Part shown: piece after piece, positions 28,679 to 36,987 of the stretch
How the letters are laid out: each line of letters opens with the position of its first letter
How positions within the stretch are numbered: position 1 is the stretch's first letter
Assembly (NCBI GenBank): GCA_045837725.1
Contig: JBEWZL010000083.1
Location: forward strand, 248,001-285,953
Direction: 5' to 3'
Origin: Vermamoeba vermiformis
Taxonomy: Eukaryota
Length of the DNA: 37,953 nucleotides
Notes under the pieces: generated by a model
Seen by the model: only the letters and a program-made list of their open reading frames with translations
Database searches by the model: none
Told to the model about the DNA's origin: nothing
Translations under genes and position numbers: made by a program

Positions 28679-29527
28679 CGATGTGTAGTACATCTGTGCT
28701 GGCCCTTGGCAGGAATAATTGATGAATGCATTAATTCCGTGCACTGCTAACACAGTTAGTCATACACATTACAACCCAAACCCTTTTACTTAACAGAGGG
28801 TTTGCTCATCACCCTCTAGCAAACCCACGATGCACACTGCTTTCAAACCCTCGCAAACCTCGTAGCTCGCGTGTTACGACCTAAACTAACCCTTCAGAGG
28901 TTTGGAAAAGGTAAGTTCTTACGTACCGAAAAATTCATCACTGGACTTTTGGGAGTGACGCAACAGCTGAGCGTCAACAGGCTAGGTTTGATTTTGAAAC
29001 ATGCTACACTTGGATTTACGCCGCGTAGTGCGTCACTTGAGTGCTATAAAAACCTGGATCCAAAATATGGCAAGATCCACGAGTCTCAGCTTATGAGAAA
29101 TAGTAATATGTAAGCAGAACAAGAAGAAAACTGTAAAAGTTTAACAAAAATAAAGGCGTTCGATGATGAAACTGCAAAATTTAAAGATAAAAGGAGTAGT
29201 AACATAAATTCTAAGAATACCAATTTATTTAGTTAGTAGAGCAAAAACCTTCGAGCAAGGATAAAAAGATCTACAAAAAGTGCTTAGTCATCTTCTTCTG
29301 TTAAAGCAAATCAACGGACTAGTGACATTTGCCCGTCTTCTGCATCACCAACATCAGCTTCTTCAACATTGTTGTTGTTGAATTTCGGCATTGGAGTGGT
29401 TCCTCGGACACTTGGAGTAACAGGCAACAAAGGCTCATTAAAGGGTGTTTAGGGCCAGGGCTGGCCAGTTTTTAAAATAAAATTGTACTTCAAACATGGG
29501 TAACCTTGTGCTTGGTGCAGCAGGAGG

Positions 29528-30451
29528 GCGTCAGACGGTCTGACGGCCTAGGGATGGGAGGTGCGTCAGACCGTCTGACGGCCTTGGGACAGGGGGAGGG
29601 CGTCAGACCGTCTGATGGTCTCTGGCAAGGGGGGTGCGTCAGACGGTCTGACGGCCTCAGGTGCAAAGGCATTGCACATGCACCTGCACCTGCACCCTCA
29701 GTCATGCACTGCAACAGCAAAGGGCGTCAGACAGTCTGACGGCCTTGGGATGGGGGGGTGCGTCAGACAGTCTGACGGCCTCAGGCAAGGGGGGGTGCGT
29801 CAGACGGTCTGACGGCCTCTGGCAAGAGGGGGTGCATCAGATGCAACGACCATGCACCTGCACCTGCACCTGCACATGCATCCATGCACTGCAACAGCAA
29901 AGGGCGTCAGACGGTCTGACGGCCTCAGGCAAGGGGGGGTGCGTCAGACGGTCTGACGGCCTCAGGCAAGGGGGGTGCGTCAGACGGTCTGACGGCCTTG
30001 GGACAGGGGGGTGCGTCAGACAGTCTGACGGCCTCTGGCAAGGAGGGGGTGCGTCAGACGGTCTGACGGCCTCAGGCAAGGGGGGTGCGTCAGACGGTCT
30101 GACGGCCTTGGGACAGGGGGGGTGCGTCAGACGGTCTGACGGCCTTGGTACAAGGGGGGTGCGTCAGACGGTCTGACGGCCTCAGGCAAGGGGGGTGCGT
30201 CAGACGGTCTGACGGCCTCAGGTGCAAAGGCATTGCACCTGCACCTGCACACACCCCCCTTTTCCTGCACCAGGGCAGCAAAGGGCGTCAGACGGTCTGA
30301 CGGCCTCTGGCAAGGGGGGTGCGTCAGACGGTCTGACGGCCTCAGGCAAGGGGGGGTGCATCAGACCGTCTGACGGCCTCAGGCAAGGGGGGTGCGTCAG
30401 ACCGTCTGACGGCCTCTGGCAAGGGGGGGTGTGTCAGACGGTCTGACGGCC
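29528..30451. repeat. Array of 21 x ~36-bp units, each with 17-bp palindrome CGTCAGAC-N-GTCTGACG plus a G-tract; blocks of 4, 3, 9 and 5 units separated by (GCACCT)n linkers
   Basis: Counted by eye. Consensus GCGTCAGACGGTCTGACGGCC-TCAGGCAA-G5-7-T. The three linkers all end in CAGCAAAGG. Confidence 0.97.
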
Positions 30452-30605
30452 TCAAGCAAAGAGGTGTTGCATCAACCAAGCTAATACTATTAGATTGGGG
30501 AGGTACGTAAGACAGGCAAACAGTCTAGAGATGGCACATAGGTTCGACATTGGCCTGCAGTCTTTGTGCTTGGGGAAGATGTCCGTTAGGGTATGTAAAG
30601 GGGTG

Positions 30606-30773
30606 AGGGCGTCCGACGCGTCCGACGGTCTCCACGTGCCTCAATTACCATATTAGGAAATTCTGGGAATTGTCAGAAGAATTACTTTGCAAAAAAATTT
30701 CATGTACTGGAAAAGGGCGTCCGACGCGTCCGACGGTCTCCACGTGCCTCAATTACCATATTAGGAAATTCTG
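30606..30773. repeat. Exact 60-bp direct repeat (30606-30665 and 30714-30773)
   Basis: AGGGCGTCCGACGCGTCCGACGGTCTCCACGTGCCTCAATTACCATATTAGGAAATTCTG occurs twice, offset 108 bp. Confidence 0.95.
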
Positions 30774-30973
30774 AGAATCTGTAGTTTCAAAGAAAAAACA
30801 TGGAACCGAAGCCTCTTGCAGCAAGCTCCAAAACGCAAAATGCACCTGCACCTGCACCTGCACCTGCACATGCACCTACATTGCCGCAACCACGTAACCA
30901 AGTAAGAAAACGCTAATTAACGAGTTAAATTCTTTATTTAAAACAAAGAACAAAAGGTACATGCTGGAAGACA

Positions 30974-31629
30974 CTAATTGTGTTGGACATAACCACGAGC
31001 TGCCAGTTCTTGGTCGAGGTCAACCAATAGACCCTCTGCCTCAACACTCTGCCCTGTAAGATCTAAAGGAAAGTTTTTAGAGATGAAGAATAATTTTTTA
31101 AACCGAAGCAGTACTTACCCTCAATAAGGCAGCGAATGATTTCGTCTCTCTTGGCTTGTTCGCCAACCAGCTTGATTCTAGTGCGTTCTCGTAACTTGGC
31201 GGCCCTCATGTACAGAGTGGTTGCATAGATGGCATCGGGATGTTGCAAAAAACTATGCAAAAAAATATTAGAAATAAAAATTAAAAAAATAATTTTTTAC
31301 TTACAAGTGGTGGTTTGGGAACTGCTCTCTTGCTCTTTGATACTCTTCACTAATGCTGAGAGACTGCGGAACAAAATTGTGATCCCGAGTTGCACCTGAA
31401 TTGAAAAAAAATAAATTGCAATTCATAAATATAGTTAATTTGTATTTTAATGAAAATAAAGTGTAGAATATCTCTTATATAAAATATTGTTGAAATTAAT
31501 TAAATGCTTACACGCAATGAAGGAGGTGATACTCATTTTGATCCGGAGTGTTGCAATATACATCTTGAATTCAAGGTGCTCAATGCGCTCATTCACTCGT
31601 TGAAGCTGGGCACGATACGTCTGTTCCAT
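30974..31629 (-). CDS. Hypothetical helical protein, ~145 aa, 4 exons
   Basis: Three GTAAG...AG introns give a continuous frame MEQTYRAQLQ...CATRDHNF...FFLQHPDAIY...DLTGQSVE...GYVQHN*. Confidence 0.7.
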
Positions 31630-31901
31630 AATTATCCTTAGTTGTCTATATTTTGAACAAAAAATACAGTTAGTCACAAAGTCAATTGAGCTAGATATTT
31701 TCGGTTATGATATGCACATAAAACTATAAGTGCAATTAGTATTTAGTATTACATATTTAGTTGAATTGATTTCTGGAAGCTGCTGAACCTTTCATATAAA
31801 TAATGCACCAGTGCGTGCATCTCATTGGTACTGGTGCACATGCACCTGCACCTGCACTTGTACATGCACCTGCACCTGCACCTGCCGTAAAGGTAATTGT
31901 T

Positions 31902-32780
31902 TTATTCTGACTGTTCTTGCATAACCTCATTATACAAGTCCAGTGACATCTTCTTTATGGCATAGAGATCACAATGATGATTTGCATTCACGATCACCCG
32001 AAGTACAGAGGACGATCGATGAGCTGCAGCAATTTGCCAGAGAGAAGTACCAGTGTTCCAACCAACAAAAACGGCGTAATCAATTATACACCCATGATCT
32101 CCAATGGCTGCAGCCTCCAAAGAAACTCCAAGAGGGGCACGAAGAACTGTATGCGAGTAGATCAGGCTGGCAAGTTGACCATGTAAAGCAGCTGCTTCAC
32201 ATGTATCGCTGGTAGGTTCAACTCCTTGAGCGACAAGTGCCATCATGTACTTGATCCTCCCCTTTGAAGCCAAGTAATTCAACATCTTGCCATCACAGAG
32301 CTGTTTTGTTCTTTTGCAAACCAATCGCACAGCAGAGAGACTCCACAAGCAAGATGAATAATTGGCGATTAATCTGCTCTTGTCGACCAAGTCAAACTTT
32401 GACGGACGTACAATGTGGATCGGATCCAAGTTGCAAGGGTCCAGCAATTTTACACCTATTGTAAGGAGGCCTGGAATATCAGGGTAGGCTTTCTGAGTAA
32501 TTAAATGAAGAATAATTAATTATTTAATTTAAATAAAATAGTTCTCCAATTAAGAATACAAAATTTAAAATTGTAGAAATGCTTAATTTGAATTGAAACT
32601 CACCAAATCTGAGATGAAGAGATTTCCACCAGGCTCCGAGGCTGCTTGTATTTCAATAGAGCAAAAAGTAAGCTTTCTCCTAGTTTGTCCAGATCTGCGA
32701 TGAAAACCATTGTTAATACTACAACATAGAGTAATAATGAATATTGGATTGATACAGTACTTTTTAAAAGATGAAGCCAT
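31902..32780 (-). CDS. F-box-like + degenerate ankyrin-repeat protein
   Basis: LSAVRLVCKR resembles an F-box C-terminal helix. It is followed by TCEAAALHGQLASL, EAAAIGDH and QIAAAHRSSSVL, which resemble the divergent ankyrin repeats common in giant viruses and protists. Upstream exons splice in frame from the ATG at 32780. Confidence 0.55.
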
Positions 32781-32839
32781 GAGTTTGTTTAGATTCTGCA
32801 ACAAAAAAAATGTACCGAACAACTACAATTTTTATTTAT

Positions 32840-34085
32840 TTACAAAATATCGCTAGAACGAGAATAGCTCATTTCAACACTATCGCTGCTACTAGCATCA
32901 TCATCTCCAATATCTTCGTCCATGGGGACATATTCTGATAATGATGAATCCTCGTGCACCAGCAAGTCACTATCGAGGGACTCATCTGCAGGTGCAGGTG
33001 CAGGTGCAGGTGCAGGTTCATGTGCATGTGCTTGTGCAACTTCAGCTACAGTCGGAGGGTACAAGCCCTGAAACCAATGGCAAGTATCAAAGTTGGGATC
33101 TGCTATTGCCTTTAAATTTGGCTGGTACCCCCAAACTTGACATGACTGGGCCGTTTCATCCTGCGTAATGCCTTTCAGCATACCTCGAGTTTGTTGTAGG
33201 CTCTCTAAGTTTACATTCTCCCCAAAAGTTGGATCTTTTGCTAGCACTTCATCTGTGGCATCTTCGATCTTAATAAAATGGTTAGCCCGATCATTAATGT
33301 TATACTTACATGTACTTACTCCATAAACATTGGCAATAACTGTTGAATGAATTTGTAATAGAATGCCAGCGTACTTGACAATGTTGTCCATAGCATCTTG
33401 CTCCTCTCTAATCTCCTCCTCCTCGTGTTGTGATTTGGGCACAACATGTGCCCGCCATGGCTTTGTTGATGCAGTGCCTGTGGTGGCAGCTGCCTTAAAA
33501 CTGACTACTGTCTCCACCGAATTGCCAGAATAAGTTCGTGTCAACTTAATTTGTCTCTTCCTTTTGATCCATTCAACCTTGAAATCATTTGCCACTTCGA
33601 ATAATTTGATCATTTTACTAGTATAACTGGTATTAGACTCAATTTGAGAAATAAAACGTAATAAAAAAACTTACTTAATTTGTTCGGTTACGACTGCTGG
33701 ATCTGAGTCAATCTCTCCAAATATCTTCAGTGCAGTGCTCAATTCCACCCAATTCAAAGAATTAATGGATTGAGGCGTTTCAATATTGAGCTTTCGAATA
33801 AACCAAGACTGATCTGGTTGAATAAAAAAATAAAATTAAAATCAATTTCTTAGTATTATGATTCAAATAATTATTAATTGCACTTACCTAGCTTTGAGTA
33901 TTTGTCCGAAATTAGTTTTGAAATTTTTGGTGGATCTGCAGAGGACACGCCAGCGATCCAAACATTCGACACCCATATCTTACGAGCTGTTCTATCGAAC
34001 AAAGCTCCATCTATCAGATTGTACCTTTTAATTAAATGTTAGTGACATTCATGTCACTTTCCTTTTACCTGTCGTTTTTCTTCAT
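32840..34085 (-). CDS. Hypothetical protein, ~350 aa, 4 exons, acidic tail
   Basis: MKKNDR|YNLIDGALF...YSKL|DQSWFIRK...EQI|YTSKMIKLF... splices in frame into the 257-aa ORF. No family recognised. Confidence 0.7.
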
Positions 34086-34144
34086 GATTCGACTTTACTA
34101 AAACATATTTTTTTAATTTTTTACGCCTTGTAAACAGCAACAAA

Positions 34145-35108
34145 ATGTCAAGTAGTGAAAGCGGAGATGAGTCAAAAAGAAGAAGAGTTGGTAAACGAAG
34201 AAGATCCACGAGGATTGCTATGATTCCTAAAACCAGCCCACAACCAATTTACGTATTTCCTTCAAAAATTATAGTAGCCAAATCTCGAGATAATATACCG
34301 ATATAGTAAGTAATCATTTAATATTTAATGAACATTACGTAATATTTTATAGTCAAAAGCAAGTAAAGAGAAAACCTCCACCAATTTCACCTGCAACAAA
34401 AACAAAATTGCTAAATGAGGATGAAAGTAAAGATAATCTGCTCATCGAAGAAGAATTTGAGATACACGTTGAAGAAACAAAGCCGAAGAAAAGCGAAAAA
34501 ATTAATGAAAATTATGCTAATAATAATGACGAGCCAGTTAATGTTAGATTCAGCGCAAAAGGACGTGTTGGTAGCCTCAAAGATTATATTGATGAATCCG
34601 TGGCCATTGATGAAGAAATAGATGAAGAAATGGAGGTGAAAGATAGACATTATCCACAATCGGCAATTAGATCGTTGATTGAAGAGGATATGCCTGCAAC
34701 AAAGAAAAGGAAGCTTGAACACGAGACATTAGAGCCACAAAAAGAGATCGAGCTCAATTCAACAACAATTGCCGACAGCCAAACCACAGAGCAGCAATTG
34801 GAAGAAGATAGCGATCGCAGAGATTTCATCCGGCAAGTTTTACCTTTTAAATCTCCAACAACTAATTATGCTAACATCTGTGTAAAGAAGACCCTAGACA
34901 GATAGTTGAATGGCTAAAGGAGGACGCACAACTTGAGGTGGATAAGCACGAGTTCCAAAGGGGCGTTCTGACGATAACAAAAAATTTTACAAAGGGTCGG
35001 GAAGATGTCGAATGGAGTGGTATTGCTCTTTTTATTCTTCAATCAGTTGTCGAAGATTGGGGAAAATATTTGGTGCAAGCACTTTGTGCTAAAGAACAAG
35101 ACAAATAA
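34145..35108 (+). CDS. Hypothetical protein with NLS-like basic clusters and an acidic disordered middle, 3 exons
   Basis: MSSSESGDESKRRRVGKRRRS... and TKKRKL. The last exon (QIVEWLKED...EQDK*) is joined through a probable GC-AG intron (CG|GCAAGT...CCCTAG). Confidence 0.6.
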
Positions 35109-35286
35109 ATTTTCGTAAATCGTGTACGATTTCTGCACCTGCACCTGCACCTGCACCTCATAATTAGCAGGTGCATTTGCTTGAATGGATTGCTCCAATT
35201 TTTTTGTGTTATACAAGCATCAAATTCTTATTTCGTTAATGTATACCTTTATTAATAACTGTAATACACATGTGCGTATTGCTAAA

Positions 35287-36168
35287 ATGAGAGGATATTG
35301 TGTTATATGCAAGACCACAACCTCATCGGGCTGGCGGAAATTGAGGCCAGAATGGGAGTGTTATGCTACAGCCAACATTAATATTAAAGGTAGAAAGAAG
35401 AACACTATATGCGCCTCATGCGCAAAATCCCTTTCTAAAGCAGGAGAAGCAGCAGATCCACTTGTCCAAGAATTCTCCAGCTCGACCGCAGAAAAGCCAG
35501 CACCAATCATCAGCAATTCACCTATTGAGGGAAAAGGTATCATTTGTATATTGTATTTGATTTTAATTATTTTTTGTTGATTTTTAAACGCATCTGCATT
35601 CTCGACTGAAGTGTGTTCTCGTACTAACTTACAGTTTCCAGGGCTGTTTGCAACTAGGGATTACAAGGCTAACGAATTGGTAACCCTTTACCTTGGGAAA
35701 GTCCTCTCAAAGGAATACCGAGATAAACTGCTGGATGCCACGTACGTTCGAGATGATGGAACCTTCATTATTGATGGCAAGTCACACCTAAATGATCCCA
35801 GAGGATATGGAAGGTGGATAAACCACTCTGAAAGTCCAAATTGCCGCTGGGAATTATTTTGGAGCACAAAGGAAGCATGCCAGTACCGTGGAATTAAGGC
35901 TAAAAGAGATATTGCAAAAGGAGAAGAATTTACTATCGATTATGGTAATTACAACTTTATTTACATAATGCTTACATTTCTAATACAACATATAATACCA
36001 GGTCGTGGTTACTGGAGAAAGTTTGGAGGTCAATCAAAGCACCAGAATAAAGCAGGAAGGAAGCGCAAGACCAAGAGAGTAATAAATAAGGACAAAACTG
36101 CTTTAAATAATGCGCAGGAAACTCGGATCTTGCGCCAAAGAAAAAATATTTCCTACAAGGACATGTAG
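35287..36168 (+). CDS. Zn-finger + SET-domain lysine methyltransferase
   Basis: SET motifs GLFATRD, GRWINHSESPNC and GEEFTIDYG|RGYW (after removing a 57-nt intron, 35945-36001). N-terminal CxxC-x33-CxxC. Basic tail and no post-SET cysteines. The first intron acceptor is uncertain. Confidence 0.88.
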
Positions 36169-36421
36169 AACTGTGAACAAAAATAAAGGAACTAACTTTA
36201 GACCAATAGGATTGCAGAACAAGGATTTTAGGATATTTGGCCAGGAAACGGCTAGTAACTTTTAGGCGGGAAAGCTTGAGTCGGACCAATTTTCAGGTTT
36301 TACAGGCTACCAGCAATTGCCTGAGCATTGGGGTACAAGAACAATTAACTGTATTTATTATTTAATAAGCTACGAACCCTAACTACCAATTTTTTTATAT
36401 TTTTACTTCGAATCTGAGACT

Positions 36422-36709
36422 GGATCAAGCAACACTGCTCTCTTCTCACAGCAAACTCAAGTCAATCCAATACTCAGGTGTAGTTAATCTTTTATTTGTG
36501 GTTACAGCAGACTAGAGCAGAGCTGCGTATGCTAAATGCGCAGCCTTGGGTAGTTGGCCGCAGCTGAGCGTCCGGTCACGGGAGTGAGATAAGCTAGGGC
36601 CTCTAGTGGACCGCTATCAACTTCCAATTAAGTGCAACGGGTGATAGAAGCTGTTCCAGTCCAATTACCCAAGGTTGCACATGTACAGCATTGCATCCCA
36701 GCTTGATCC
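36422..36709 (+). ncRNA. Candidate structured non-coding RNA (~290 nt), family unknown
   Basis: Nested helices: 36422-30/36701-09, 36435-41/36514-20, hairpin 36522-44, and 36544-57/36661-74, enclosing a three-way junction. Non-Watson-Crick pairs in the long helices are G-U on the + strand. Confidence 0.45.
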
Positions 36710-36987
36710 GATTATGCACCTCGAATTGCACCTGCACACGTCAATCGCACCCCGTAAGTCGCAGAAACTTGTACTTTAATGTATAATCAAAATAAATGTT
36801 TATTTAATATCAAGTAGTGTACAATTGTCTTATTAATTCAGCTTTCCTACGTTGCCTTTGATTTTTTCTCTTTTTTCGTTTTTGATCGGATGTTGGATCA
36901 ATGTTGAAAGTGAGTTCAGTGCAATTGGTCTTTCTGTTGTCAAGCAACAACTCTTGCGTGCAGTGTCTAATTAACGGGCTCTTTAAA

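Noticed and set aside
27933-30446. Many overlapping ORFs across the 21-bp and 36-bp arrays
   Set aside because: They are open in several frames on both strands because of repeat composition, and variable G-tract lengths shift frames freely.
29528-30451. CRISPR or TIGR-like guide array
   Set aside because: Inter-palindrome segments are a handful of recurring variants (TCAGGCAA, TCTGGCAA, TTGGGACA) rather than unique spacers. There is no cas/Tas-like gene and the context is eukaryotic.
30525-30575. tRNA/Pol III-like element (GGTTCGA)
   Set aside because: No cloverleaf, and the A-box-like and B-box-like words overlap instead of being spaced.
28964-36572. Shared 12-mer CAGCTGAGCGTC in both structured segments
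   Set aside because: A single 12-nt match is expected by chance within about 10 kb, and the surrounding sequence does not align.
36561-36653. Hammerhead or hairpin ribozyme in the three-way junction
   Set aside because: CUGAGCG is not CUGANGA and no GAAA follows stem II. Hairpin-ribozyme loop A/B motifs are not correctly placed.
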